Shown piece after piece: positions 18,991 to 30,900 of a stretch of DNA of 64,000 bases. Every line of letters starts with the position of its first letter. Position 1 is the first letter of the stretch. Where the stretch lies: the IMG/VR virus record IMGVR_UViG_3300021164_000915; one strand, 5' to 3'. The notes under the pieces were generated by a model, which did no database searches, was not told where the DNA came from, and worked only from the letters and a program-made list of their open reading frames with translations. The stretch is from an uncultured virus (IMG/VR IMGVR_UViG_3300021164_000915). Lineage: Duplodnaviria; Heunggongvirae; Uroviricota; Caudoviricetes. The translations under genes were made by a program, and so were the position numbers.

Positions 18991-20040
18991 ATGAGTAATG
19001 AATTATTAGAAAAGGCCGCAGCAGCTGGTACAACAGTATCAACTGGGTTCGGTTCTTCAACAGGTGGTTCAGGCGTTCATGTTGCTTCAGAAAATGGCAA
19101 CGGTGGACTTCTAAACCCAGAACAATCAGCAAGATTCTTGGACTATATGTTCGATGCTACCGTAATTGGTAAGGTTGCACGTACGGTTCGTATGAAATCC
19201 GACACAACAGAAATTGATCGTATGTCAGTAGGAGAAAAGCTTGTAAAGCTTGCATCCGAAGGAGAAAACACAGCCATAAACCAAGGCGTAACATTCTCAA
19301 AGATCTCTCTCACAACAAAGAAGCTCCGCATGGACTGGGAACTTTCAACTGAGTCTCTAGAAGACAACATCGAAGGTGCAGATCTTGAAGATCATATTGC
19401 ACGTATGATGGCAACACAAGCTGGAAATGACATCGAAGATCTTATTCTTAACGGTGATACATCACTTTCAAGCGATGCGCTGTACAAGTCATTCGACGGT
19501 GCAGTTAAGAAGGCAAAGACACATGGCCGAGTAGTAGATGCAGCAGGTGCGGGAATTTCCCGTAACGTATTTAACTCAGCTCTAAAGGCTATGCCACGCA
19601 AGTACAAGCAACGTCGCACAGACCTTCGCTTCCTTGCTGGATCAAACTTGATCCAGGATTACTTGTTCTCTAACTCACAGAACATTCAGAACGTTACTCC
19701 ACAAGATATTGCCTCTGGCATTATCCGTGGTGATGTTCCAGTTCTTGGAGGTCCAGCAGGATATGTAGCTCCATACGCATTTGGTATTCCAATCGTTGAA
19801 GTTCCATTGCTTCCTGAGACACAGACAGGTACATACGCAAGCCCATCAGGTTCACACGGAGACGTCCACTTGACATTCCCAAATAACGTAGTTATTGGTA
19901 TCAAGCGTGATGTAACTGTTTACCGCTTCTTCCAGCCACGTAAGGACACAATCGAGTACACAATGTATACTCGTGTTGGCGTTCAAATCGAGCAGGCAGA
20001 CGCTTGGGTCGTTGTAAAGAACGTTAAGGTTGCTTCTTAA
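18991..20040 (+). CDS. Major capsid protein
   Basis: GGLLNPEQ..F, ELSTESLEDNIEG, DLILNGD; follows protease and precedes a terminator. Confidence 0.9.
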   Translation: MSNELLEKAAAAGTTVSTGFGSSTGGSGVHVASENGNGGLLNPEQSARFLDYMFDATVIGKVARTVRMKSDTTEIDRMSVGEKLVKLASEGENTAINQGVTFSKISLTTKKLRMDWELSTESLEDNIEGADLEDHIARMMATQAGNDIEDLILNGDTSLSSDALYKSFDGAVKKAKTHGRVVDAAGAGISRNVFNSALKAMPRKYKQRRTDLRFLAGSNLIQDYLFSNSQNIQNVTPQDIASGIIRGDVPVLGGPAGYVAPYAFGIPIVEVPLLPETQTGTYASPSGSHGDVHLTFPNNVVIGIKRDVTVYRFFQPRKDTIEYTMYTRVGVQIEQADAWVVVKNVKVAS

Positions 20041-20062
20041 TTAATTAAGAATTAGACTACAG

Positions 20063-20097
20063 AAAGGCCCCCAATTAATTTTGGGGGCTTTTCATTT
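20063..20097 (+). terminator. Rho-independent terminator
   Basis: GCCCCCAA-ttaatt-TTGGGGGC followed by TTTT. Confidence 0.8.
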
Positions 20098-20147
20098 AAA
20101 TTTAACAATGCTATAATTAAAGGACCTAGAAAAAGGAGAAATAAAAT

Positions 20148-20540
20148 ATGTCGTTTGACACATTAAAGGTGGCTGAATTAAAAGTAATTGCAACAGATTT
20201 TGCAGTTGATACAGAAGGCCTAAAGAATAAAAAAGACATTATTGCAGCTCTAGCAGAAGAAGGCGTTACCTGGAGTGTATATCAAAGTACGGTAGAGGCA
20301 ATTGAAAGAGACACAGAAGAAATTGAAATTCTTCCAAAGTTTGATCCAAAAGCGCAACCAGAAGATACCCTGCTTGTAAGAATGACAAGAGATAATCACA
20401 GATACGATATCCACGGATATACCTTTACAAAAGATCATCCTTTTATAGCAATGTCTGAAGATGATGCTCAAAAAATCTTTGATACAGAGGAGGGTTTTCG
20501 TTTAGCGACACCAAAGGAAGTTCAAGACTTCTACAACTAA
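20148..20540 (+). CDS. Hypothetical head-associated protein
   Basis: AAGGAG RBS; N-terminal LKVAELK...KKDII helix-extension-helix-like motif. Confidence 0.6.
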   Translation: MSFDTLKVAELKVIATDFAVDTEGLKNKKDIIAALAEEGVTWSVYQSTVEAIERDTEEIEILPKFDPKAQPEDTLLVRMTRDNHRYDIHGYTFTKDHPFIAMSEDDAQKIFDTEEGFRLATPKEVQDFYN

Positions 20541-20556
20541 ACGTTAACATAAGTTA

Positions 20557-21543
20557 ATGGCAGAAATATACAAAGATCAAACTTCACCAATTAAAACAAA
20601 AATATTTTGGGGTGGAGAACTAGTAGATGCAGATGGAGCTGTTACAGCGGTAGTATATGATATTACTGAAGACAATACCATTCGCCCAGCAGTTAACCCA
20701 AATGTTCCAGTGGGTACATTTACTGCTACAAAGCTAGAAACTGATATGGGAACATATCAGGTTGTTTTGCCATTGGCACTCTGCAGAAGAAATAGAAAAT
20801 TTAAAGTAGAGTGGCGGTACACGGTTAATAATAATCAGGGCTCACATATATACTTTACAGACGTAGTAACCCCATATGCAAACCTGTCAGACATTATTGA
20901 TGATTTAAACTTTGGAACAGATCCTTCTGACCCAAACTATAAGTCATATCACGACTTGCAGATGGCTGAAAAATATGCAAGAAAACTTATTGAGATTTAT
21001 ACTAATCAGGTTTTCCACTTATATGATGACAAGCAAATTGTTTATGGCTCAGGTTCAGACATTTTGCCTATGCCATTTAAACTTAATGAAATTCATGAGG
21101 TATATGAGAATGATGTCCTTTTAATAGACAATATAAACAATGTTAAAAACTGGATATACGTCCCTATGATTTCTGAATCTGGGTTTGGCATTAGGGTAAA
21201 CAGACAGCAGCTGATGGACGACATGATTTATTCTGCAAACGGAATGGTTCAGCCTACAATAAACGACCAAGGGTTTTCTGCCGCATTTAGAAAAGATCGC
21301 AGATATTCTGTTCAAGGAAGATTTGGATGGTCGTCTGTACCAGATAATGTTGAAGAGGCATGCATAGTATTAATTAAGCAGTACTTCGATCAAGATCGTG
21401 CTTGGAAAGATAAGTACGTAAAAAATATTAGTACATTTGATTGGAAGTTTGAATTCCTGCAAGATGCACATAAAGGAACTGGAAACCTGTACGCAGACCA
21501 GCTTCTTTCTCCATACGTATTGAATGGAATGGTAGCGTTCTAA
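20557..21543 (+). CDS. Head-to-tail adaptor
   Basis: A.KLIE.YT.Q.F and FGW..VPD.V.EA..LL.PY motifs; synteny. Confidence 0.7.
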   Translation: MAEIYKDQTSPIKTKIFWGGELVDADGAVTAVVYDITEDNTIRPAVNPNVPVGTFTATKLETDMGTYQVVLPLALCRRNRKFKVEWRYTVNNNQGSHIYFTDVVTPYANLSDIIDDLNFGTDPSDPNYKSYHDLQMAEKYARKLIEIYTNQVFHLYDDKQIVYGSGSDILPMPFKLNEIHEVYENDVLLIDNINNVKNWIYVPMISESGFGIRVNRQQLMDDMIYSANGMVQPTINDQGFSAAFRKDRRYSVQGRFGWSSVPDNVEEACIVLIKQYFDQDRAWKDKYVKNISTFDWKFEFLQDAHKGTGNLYADQLLSPYVLNGMVAF

Positions 21544-21544
21544 C

Positions 21545-21970
21545 ATGAGCCTAGCAACTTCATTAATGCCAATGAAGCTAGACATCTATCTTCAATTAGA
21601 CACTCAAGATCAAAATACTGGTGCCATTAAAAAGGAATGGATTTTTACTAGATCTGTTCCATGTTCGGCTAAAGGAATAATTTCAAATTCTGGTTCTGGA
21701 AGAGGCGGGGACAGACAAGTGTTTAGTAACAAGTATTCAAATGAACAGATGCTTGAAATAAGAACACCAGACCCAATAACCTATAGAGAAAAGGTTACAA
21801 ATGTTAGAGACATGAATGGCAATGTGGTTTGGAAAGAGATAAATTATCCAAACAATACCCCAACAGTATTTGAAGTTATGAGCTCTACACCAATCACTGA
21901 CCCATTCGGAAATGTTATTGCATATAACTCTATTGCAAAGAGATCAGAGAATCAGGAAATTGGATTCTAG
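21545..21970 (+). CDS. Putative head-tail stopper
   Basis: Size, beta-rich sequence and synteny. Confidence 0.55.
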   Translation: MSLATSLMPMKLDIYLQLDTQDQNTGAIKKEWIFTRSVPCSAKGIISNSGSGRGGDRQVFSNKYSNEQMLEIRTPDPITYREKVTNVRDMNGNVVWKEINYPNNTPTVFEVMSSTPITDPFGNVIAYNSIAKRSENQEIGF

Positions 21971-22748
21971 CGTAGCTTTAATTCAAGCTTCTAGCGGGCT
22001 TGAAAGACTTATGGCAGGTACAGCGCCAGGGATACTTAAAGATAGCACGGTTGCACAAATTTCTGCATTTCTTTATTATGATGCAATGGTGCTTTCAAAG
22101 CTTACTGCAAATGATGAGTTTAAGAATTTATTTAAAACAACTATATTTAATCAAATAGAAAAAGACTTTGGAAATTATGTTGATGCCCAAGCAAGAGTTA
22201 AGCCGAAGTCCTTACACCACGTATACGAATGGAATAAGGCTGGCGTCCCGACAGCAAGATTATTTAATCTATATACAATTGGCACAAACGGACTATCATT
22301 CAAAATAAATTATAACTTTAAATTGTCTAAATCTCCCGTGCCATCTAAAGACAAAAAACAAAAAAAGAAATATGTCTTTGCAAATAAAGCTGATGTCATG
22401 GAAGCTGGGATGCCAATAGTAATCCGCCCAAGGTCCGCTGAGCGACTTGTATTTGAAATGGATGGTGAGACAGTCTTCATGCCAAAAGGTAGCTCAGTCA
22501 CCGTTGGAAAGCCTGGTGGTTCCCAGGCATCTCACCAATTTTCTTTATCTTATGGAAGATTTTTTGGTGGGCCTCTAGTAAATTCTTCAATAAAGTCATC
22601 AGGGCTACAAAGAATATTTAATTCAAAAATAACAAAAGCATTAAGTCTTCCAATGAACATAAGAAAAGTGCAATATAGCTTTAGTGCTGGTAAAATAAGA
22701 CTACAGGCTGATGCGGCATTAGAGTCAGCATTTGGAGGCTCACTATGA
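21960..22748 (+). CDS. Putative neck/tail-completion protein
   Basis: Synteny; TTG start near 21960 after AGGA preferred over 21912 (start uncertain). Confidence 0.5.
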   Translation: MDSSVALIQASSGLERLMAGTAPGILKDSTVAQISAFLYYDAMVLSKLTANDEFKNLFKTTIFNQIEKDFGNYVDAQARVKPKSLHHVYEWNKAGVPTARLFNLYTIGTNGLSFKINYNFKLSKSPVPSKDKKQKKKYVFANKADVMEAGMPIVIRPRSAERLVFEMDGETVFMPKGSSVTVGKPGGSQASHQFSLSYGRFFGGPLVNSSIKSSGLQRIFNSKITKALSLPMNIRKVQYSFSAGKIRLQADAALESAFGGSL

Positions 22749-23254
22749 CAATAGATTATAAAATAGACGCAATGTTTGAGCTTCGCAAATTCTTGTGGAA
22801 AGAATTAAAGTCTTCAGGCATATTCAATCCATATGATTATTACTCAGACAGCCTAGGTAGAGAAATAGTCCCACTTGTCCCAGTACAGCAATCCCCAGAA
22901 TTTGATCAATTTTTAAACGGCAAAAAGCATATAGTCTATGACAAGATAGGATTGTCTTATGAGGAGAATTGGCTTATATGCTGTGAGAAGATTTTATTTA
23001 CCATATACTCCACAGACGTAACAGAGATCTATGAAATTAGAAACCTTATGGTGGACCTATTTAGAAGAATGGATGAGTCTGCTAAAGATGCCAATCTGGC
23101 AAAAGAAACCAATAAATTAATATTCCATAGCATACATGTGGTCGAGACATCCCCCATAGACCCTTCAATAGAGCTCAAGGGATTTATGTCTACCGACGTA
23201 ATCCTGGAGGTAAAGTACTCAAGGACCACGGACGGCACAGGCAGATTTAACTAG
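22745..23254 (+). CDS. Putative tail terminator protein
   Basis: Size and position directly before the major tail gene. Confidence 0.5.
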   Translation: MTIDYKIDAMFELRKFLWKELKSSGIFNPYDYYSDSLGREIVPLVPVQQSPEFDQFLNGKKHIVYDKIGLSYEENWLICCEKILFTIYSTDVTEIYEIRNLMVDLFRRMDESAKDANLAKETNKLIFHSIHVVETSPIDPSIELKGFMSTDVILEVKYSRTTDGTGRFN

Positions 23255-23283
23255 TTGCGTTTAGTTCAGTTATCCAGTAAAAT
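23255..23283 (+). promoter_or_regulatory. Sigma70-type promoter TTGCGT-N17-TAAAAT
   Basis: Matches 17581-17609. Confidence 0.65.
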
Positions 23284-23371
23284 TAGCTAAGAGGAAAAAG
23301 CCTAGCCAGCTTTGATTTAGATTTAAAAGTAAGTCAATATATATATTTATTTAATAATGGAGGTTTTACAA

Positions 23372-24127
23372 ATGGCACAAAATACAGGAAATGCTAGAAA
23401 TATTCTCGTTGGTGCATCACCACTGTTTCTTTCAGTAGAAGATTCACTAACAGCAGGATACATCGAAAACTTAGTACCAGGAACAGCAAAGGCAGGAGCA
23501 ACTGGAAAGAACCAGCGTGTACCAGCATTTGTTAATGGAACAGCCGCAGGAGCAGGTGGAACACCAGCTGCAATCGCAGGAGAGTCATACACAACAACTC
23601 TTAACGCAATTGATGCAACACCACAAACTGGAGCAACACCAGCAGTTGCAGGAAATGCTTACCGCAACGTAGGTTACACAAATAATGGTCTTCAAATTAC
23701 ATACAACCCATCATACGGTTCAGTAACAGTAGATCAGCTTCTTGATACAGCTAAGCTATTCAAGGAAACAATGGAAGTTATGATTGCAACAGAAATGGCA
23801 GAAGGTACTCTTGAGAACGTTCTTGCAGTATTTGGACAATCATCATCAACACTTAGCGGTGGAACACTTGGTCTTGCAGCAGGCGCACTAGGAGAAGCTC
23901 CAGTTGAGCGTCAGCTAGTTGCAATTGGGCAGGCTCCAACAACTGTAGCAACTGGCTCAAAGACTGAGCGTGTATATTATGGACGTCGTGTCCTTTCTGT
24001 ACAACAGTCACAATTCTCTTTGGCTCGTAACGCTGCTTCAACATTCCCAGTAACATTCCGTCTGCTTCCAGATGGTAATTACCAGGGTGCAGAATACGGT
24101 ACAATCGTAGACCGTAGCTGGTTATAA
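23372..24127 (+). CDS. Major tail (tube) protein
   Basis: GGAGG RBS; NVGYTNNGLQITY.P....VDQ and FPVTFRLLPD motifs; synteny. Confidence 0.8.
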   Translation: MAQNTGNARNILVGASPLFLSVEDSLTAGYIENLVPGTAKAGATGKNQRVPAFVNGTAAGAGGTPAAIAGESYTTTLNAIDATPQTGATPAVAGNAYRNVGYTNNGLQITYNPSYGSVTVDQLLDTAKLFKETMEVMIATEMAEGTLENVLAVFGQSSSTLSGGTLGLAAGALGEAPVERQLVAIGQAPTTVATGSKTERVYYGRRVLSVQQSQFSLARNAASTFPVTFRLLPDGNYQGAEYGTIVDRSWL

Positions 24128-24143
24128 TTAATATTAATTAATT

Positions 24144-24180
24144 AATAAAAGCCCCCCAAGAAATTGGGGGGTTTTTTATT
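24144..24180 (+). terminator. Rho-independent terminator
   Basis: GCCCCCCAA-gaaa-TTGGGGGGT followed by a T run. Confidence 0.85.
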
Positions 24181-24236
24181 GCTATTATATTTTGCATATG
24201 ATACAATAATTAAGACAGAATCCTAGGAGGATTAAA

Positions 24237-24569
24237 ATGGCAAGTACAGTATATGATGTTGAAGAAATTCAACTAGCAAACGGAGCAAACGTAAAGCTAA
24301 AGCCTTTAACAATTAAAGAGCTTCGCAAGTTTATGGCAGCTATCGGCAAAACAGCAGACGCAACAACAGAAGATGAAACACTTACAATCCTAATAGATGC
24401 TTGTGCAGTAGCATTAGAAAAGCAGCTACCAGATTTGGTAAAAGACAGAGACGCATTTGAAGATGTTTTGGATGTTCCAACAATTAATCGCATTCTTGAA
24501 GTCTGTGGCGGGATTAAGATGGACGACCCAAACCTTCTAGCGGCAGCGGTTCTGGCTGGTCAGAACTAG
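24237..24569 (+). CDS. Tail assembly chaperone (gpG-like)
   Basis: AGGAGG RBS; lies between tail tube and tape measure genes. Confidence 0.8.
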   Translation: MASTVYDVEEIQLANGANVKLKPLTIKELRKFMAAIGKTADATTEDETLTILIDACAVALEKQLPDLVKDRDAFEDVLDVPTINRILEVCGGIKMDDPNLLAAAVLAGQN

Positions 24570-24901
24570 ATTTAGCCGCTTTAGAGGGTGAAGTTTTTCT
24601 TTTAGGTAATTGGAAAAATTACGAAGATCTAGAAGATAACCTCTCAATGCCAGAACTAGTAATAACATTTAAAGCAATGCAAAAAACTGAATCGGAAAAA
24701 AGAAAGTTCTTAGCTTCAATACAGGGCATTGAATTAAATGATAGCAGTAATGAAAAAGAGGAGGGATCATCCTTCGAAGATATTCAAAGAAGAGCGCTTG
24801 GAATAAACACATCAGCAGATGACGTTGTTTCACTACAAGGCTCATTTGCAGCGCAAGCTGGCTTTGGTATTGGAGCGGGATTAGGATACTCTATAGAGTA
24901 A
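24527..24901 (+). CDS. -1 frameshift extension of the tail assembly chaperone (gpGT-like)
   Basis: Slippery heptamer C CCA AAC at 24527-24533 in the correct phase; -1 frame open from 24518 to 24901. Confidence 0.8.
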   Translation, partial: PKPSSGSGSGWSELDLAALEGEVFLLGNWKNYEDLEDNLSMPELVITFKAMQKTESEKRKFLASIQGIELNDSSNEKEEGSSFEDIQRRALGINTSADDVVSLQGSFAAQAGFGIGAGLGYSIE

Positions 24902-24910
24902 CATATATAT

Positions 24911-27900
24911 ATGGCAGATAATTTAATCACCACCAACATTACCGCCCACGCAGACTTTACGAGCTTAAGAGCTCAACTAGCGGGGCTTACTGCCCAACTC
25001 TTAAAACTCCAAGAAACAACAGTAGGAACTAACGCAAGGCTCGGACAACAAATTGCTGTAATGAATAAGCAATTCGCCGAGACTTTGCGTTCTACTGGGC
25101 AATACGCTACACACTTTGTAACACTAAATTCTGATGTAGAAAAGTTTGGTAAAAATTTAGACTCAGGAAGATTAAAGCTAAATCAATATTTTAGGGTATG
25201 GCGAGATCATACTAAAAGTTCTGGCGGATTAATAAAAGATCTTGCAAGACAGCAGGTAATGCTTGAGAATGCAGTTGTTCAGCCGTTAGGTAAAAATGCA
25301 CAAGGACTTATGCAATATCAAGTTCATGTTGCAAAAGGCTTAGATTCAATAAAGCACAAGACCGCATTAGCAAGACACGAAGCATCTATCATGAACAAGG
25401 TAATGCTTGATGGATCTAATCAATTAATTAACTGGGGTAAAAATACTCAATGGGCTGGTCGTCAATTAACTGTTGGATTAACTGTACCACTTGCAGCATT
25501 TGGAATGGCGGCTCAAAGAGCATTCTTAGATGCTAATACAGAAATAGTAAGACTTACAAAAGTTTATGGTGGTCTATCGGCAACCTCTAAATCAGAGCTA
25601 GCACAGGTTCAAAAAGATGTAGAAGCCACAGCAAAAGCTATGGCATCATCTTATGGAGTTGCATACAAGGACACAATCGCACTTGCCGCAGACATGGCCG
25701 CAACTGGTAAACAAGGAAATGATTTAATACAAGCAACAGAACAAACAACAAGACTTGCAGTTCTTGGTGAAGTAGATAGACAGCAAGCCATGAAAGCAAC
25801 TCTTGCAATTCAAAATGCATTTAGGCAAAATACAGATGAGCTTACACAATCAATTGACTTCCTTAACGCAGTTGAAAACCAAACCTCTACAAGCCTTGAA
25901 GATTTAACAGAGGCTATTCCAAAAGCTGGTCCAGTAATTCAAGCAATGGGCGGAAGCATTCAAGATCTTGCACTCTATATGACCGCAATGAAAGAAGGAG
26001 GAATTGATGCTTCTTCTGGAGCAAACGCACTCAAGTCTGCATTAGCAGCACTTGTAAATCCAACTGGTGTTGCAGTAGACATGTTTAAAGGATTTGGAAT
26101 TGACCTTAAAGGAATTGTTTCAAAAAATGCAGGAGACTTAACGGCCACAATAATGGGCCTACAGTCAGCATTAGATTCACTTGATCCGCTACAAAAACAA
26201 CAAGCACTAGAACAGCTATTCGGTAAATTCCAGTTTGCAAGAATGAATGCTCTTTTTGCAAACTTAGGAAAGCAAGGATCACAGACGCTACAAGTTTTAG
26301 ATTTAATGAAAGCAAGCTCTGCGGATCTCGCAGCTGTATCAAGTCGAGAATTAAGTATGATAACAGAGTCTGCATCTGGAAAGTACAAGAGAGCATTGGC
26401 ATCAGTACAAGCAGATTTAGCACAAATAGGAAATCAATTTTTAACAATAAGCACTTACGTATTAAATGTTATATCTGGAATAGTTAAATTCTTTAATCAG
26501 CTACCAGACCCTATTCAAAAGATGTTAGGGTTCTTAGGAGGACTAACCGCAATTGCTGGTCCACTTATTATGCTTACTGGTGTACTTGGAAACTTTGTAG
26601 GCTATGTAATCAAGGGAGTATTCCATCTTAAATCATTATTAAAGGGTGGCCAAGGATTTAAATTACTAACACCAGAAATTATTGCAGCCATGGAAGCTGG
26701 AAAAGGGCTACAGGCCACATTCCACTCAGATGCAGAAGCAACAAAAGTATTAACCTCTGCAGTTAATACATTAGCTCAATCATTTACTAATCTAGAAGTT
26801 AAAGCAAATGCAGCAAGAGTATCAATGAACCCAGCAATCACTACAGTTGCCAATGGCGTAATATTACCAGGCCAGGCACATGTTGGCGGAGCTAGCGCTA
26901 GAGTAGTTGATCCAAATAATCCTCTTGTTGGAAGTCCTTACAGCAGACAGATGGCTCACCTTACACCTGCAGGAACTCCGCAGCAAGGATCAATCTTTGG
27001 AGTTGTTCCAAACCCAGGACCAGTAAATCTTAGAATCGGTAAAAATCCACAAGCTTATATGGATAGAGATCTTCCAAAGATTCCAGGACTGACATCAGTA
27101 GGCGGAGTATCAACAGGAATTGTAGCAGCAGAAGCAGCTAAATGGCATGCAATGACTGCAGCTATTGCAATGCAATCAGAGGCAGAAATTAAAGTTCTTA
27201 AGGCAGAAGTTATGTCAACTGGAACGGTTACTTCAAGCCTTTCTGATTCTTATCAAGCCTTATTGCCTCAATTCTCAAAAATAACTAAAACCGCCGCAGC
27301 AGAAGTTGCTCAAATTGTTGAGCAGGTTAAGGCTAGCAAAATAACTGTAGAGCAAGCAAGAGCAAGAATAATAACTTTGAATGCTCAAGTCGAAGCAATG
27401 CTTGTATCAACAACAGCACAAGTTGCAGCAGGTATGGGTAGAACTGCAAACTTAACCACAGTTCCATTAACTGGACAGCCAGCAGTAACTGCAACTGGTA
27501 GATCAAACATGAAGGAGCTTTTCCATAAAGGTCCTACTGCAACAATGGTTGACAGAATTGCTAGGGCTCTAGGTGGAGTTAGAACTTCTGGCGCAGGATA
27601 TTCAATACATACAACTGTCCCTAGATTTAATGATGGTGGGCTTGTTGAAAGTTTTGGATCAAATAAAACTCAGGTAAGCGGTCCTGCATCCGTAAACTAT
27701 GACGACAGACTAGGATCTGTTCCCGTTGGAGGATATGTACTTAATCAAGCAGCATCAATGGATCCACGAAACAGGCCTCTAGTAGAAGCTGCATCTAGCA
27801 CATATCAAGGTGGTGGAGAAATAACTGCAATGCTTACTCCAAAAGAAACAGTATTTGGCGCAGGCATACAGAGAAACCCAGAGCTACTTAAAGCAGTAGA

Positions 27901-30900
27901 TGCAGCAAACAACGGAACCCCACTAACAGCACACATGGGTGGTGGTCATATAACTTTGGAAAGACCAAACTATGGAGCATTAACTCCTAAAGCCCTAGCT
28001 GCATTAATATCAAGAATTACAAGAAGGGGACCTAAGCTATCACCAGAAATAGCTCAAGGAAGAAATTTACAATTAACGGCTGAAGAAGCCATAGCGTACC
28101 AGGCTAGAGTTTTGCCTGCTGGAACTAGAAGAGCTTCAATGGGAGCAGATAGAACTTATTATTATGTTGGCAATTGGGGTGGTAGATTAAGAGGTAGTAC
28201 AAACTCTGCACTACCACACGGCGCAGCTAAAAAATCAGACGTAGTTTATGACTTAATGCACGGATCAGCAGAAGAAGCTTTGCCTTCTCTAGCAAGATTC
28301 TTAGAGGTTCACAAAGTAAGGCCAGAAAGAATAGCTGAGCTAACAAGTCGTGCAAGAGCAAATATAGTAAAAGAATTAGGCGGAGTTGGAACTATTGGAG
28401 AGGCTCAATGGTCTCAAATTCAACATAGACAATACTTGCAGATTGCTAAAGAATTAAGGTTAAAAAAACAATACCTAGAAAGCTTAAATGTCCCAGGACA
28501 AAGAAGAGCTAAATCTTTAGATCCATCAAGAAATGGATATGATAGAGAGACAGCTATTAGTCCATATAATGCTGCTGACTTAAAAACTTTAGATGCACTA
28601 AATGAAGCAAACGGCACAGCCTTTATGGGGTCGTATCGTAACTATGGCATAAGCACAATTGATGGCAAGCCAGCAGTTCTAGCACACATGATGCCAGGAT
28701 TTGCCCTTGGCGGTCCAATAGTAAAGGCTAAGAGAAATTACGGATTAGTAATGGGGCAAATGGGAATCCCTATGTTCAGAGGAGCATACAAATCTCCTTT
28801 AACCATACACCCAGAACAACAAGCCCTTATGGAAAGGCAGCAAGCAGAAAGATGGGCAAAGCTGCCAAAGGATAAGAATGGTGATGTCTGGCACACACCA
28901 GCTGAGTTAGACCTTATGCGTAAGGGCAAGATGGTAATGGGATCAAGACCTATGCCAAAAAGTTTTTATCAAGACTTGGCAAATGACGATCCTTTGCACG
29001 GAACGTTACAGATTGGAAGATATCAGCCACCTCTTCACGTAAGAAATCAATACGTAGGAGAACAAATTAGATATTCATCTCCAACAAATTGGAGAGGTAG
29101 AGAGGGCACGTCTGCCCCAGCTTTTGCAAGCGGAACTCTGGAGACAAGAGCAAGAACTGCATTATTTAGATATATGCAAGGAGACTACTCAGCCATAGGA
29201 GACCCAGCTGTTCAAGCTTACCTATCAGCTATTAGAACAAAGTTTACTGGAACTTTGCATAGAGGCGTAAAAGACGTAGGATCCCTTCCACCAACAATTA
29301 GAGAATTAATAAGGCAAGGCCGATGGTCAGATCTTGTAGGTAAAGAGTTTATTATGCGCCGTTCTTCATGGAGCACAAACGCAGACACAGCAGAAGGCTT
29401 CGGTCAGCTTCAGATAGTTGCTTCTGTTAAAAATAGAAATGCCGTACCAGCTTCTGAAATATTCCCAGATCTAACGTTCCAGTCTCCAAAAGGCCCAGTG
29501 CCAGTAAATGAAAGTGAAGTTTACATGGGAGGAAAGTTTAGAATAGTTGCAGCAGGAAAAGATAGATTAAAACTAGAGGCGGTATATGATGCTGCAAGAG
29601 AAAACGGAGGACCAGTAAATGCTGGAAGACCATACCTAGTTGGAGAAAAAGGCCCAGAAGTATTTGTTCCAAGAAATAGCGGGGGAATAATTCCAAGCTA
29701 TGCTCTTGGCGGAATGATCAGACACGGAAAAAATTCATACGGACGTAAAGGAAATCCTGCTGCACGTGCAGCACAAGAAGCTGCAAAGAGAGCAAGAGCA
29801 GCAGCTTATATCCCAGCTCAGACTGATGCGCCAGAATTTAGAGAAGGACCTCTGTCTGTTGGAAGAACAACAATAGTTGGTAATGGTGGAGTAAGAACAA
29901 ACGTATATGCACCACAGGGATCATTGCCTTATATGCCAGCCCTAAGACTTCCTTTCCAAACATTTAATAATAATTTAACGGCAGCATTTTCATCTATTGG
30001 AGCAAATCTTAAATCTGTTGGGGCAAGCCTTAAGTTAGCCTCAACTAAATTAATTGCAAATGTAAAAACAATACCAGGGCAAATTAAATCTTCATTTACT
30101 CCTATGGCAAATTCAATTAAAAATATTGGTAATCAAATTGTAGTTGCTACTAAAGCCGCTGGAAATAGTATCAGGGCTGCTGGCTCATATGTTAATGGGT
30201 GGATTAGGCCACAGATGTATGGCACAGTTGCGCCTGGAGTTTCTGGTACTGGACCTGCAAGTACATTTGCCGCAAACTTAAGATACAGCACTGGCAACAT
30301 GCTACATCCAATTACATATATACAAAACAAGATGGCTGGCGGAGCAGTAAGAGAACAACCAAAACCTATAATGGGTCCAGATGGTAAGCCTATGATTGAC
30401 AAAGCAACTGGTCAGCCGTACATGACCCAGCCAGGTCGTCCTGCCCCAAGATTTACTGGAACTGGAATGGTAACTCAAGCAGGAGCATCTCTAGGTGGAT
30501 ATGCTCTAGGTAATAAGGTTGGTGGCTCTACAGGAGGCATCATAGGCTCTATAGCAGCCCCACTAGCAGTGCAAGGTATATTCAGGGCTGGAGCCGCAAT
30601 AAAGGCCGCAGGGGGCATTGGAGCCGCACTAGGTGGTGGTGGTATAGCATCAGGAGCCGCAGCCCTTGCTGGATTGGCCCTGCCACTGGCAGTTGTTGCA
30701 ACAGCAGTAGTTGTTGGAATTAAACTCTGGAAAAACCATAAAGAAAGCATGCGATTAAATGCTTTAGGTTATGGAATGACCGCAGAGGCGGCAGCAAAAG
30801 CAGGACTTAAATTTAAAGACTATAACCTTTCATTAAAGGAAACAGTCGAAAGAGCCAAGAATATAAGAGAGACTCAAAATCTTATGTTCCAAAGCATGAC

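Noticed and set aside
23284..23371. ncRNA or riboswitch in the leader of the major tail gene
   Set aside because: AT-rich with no convincing structure or recognisable family motif
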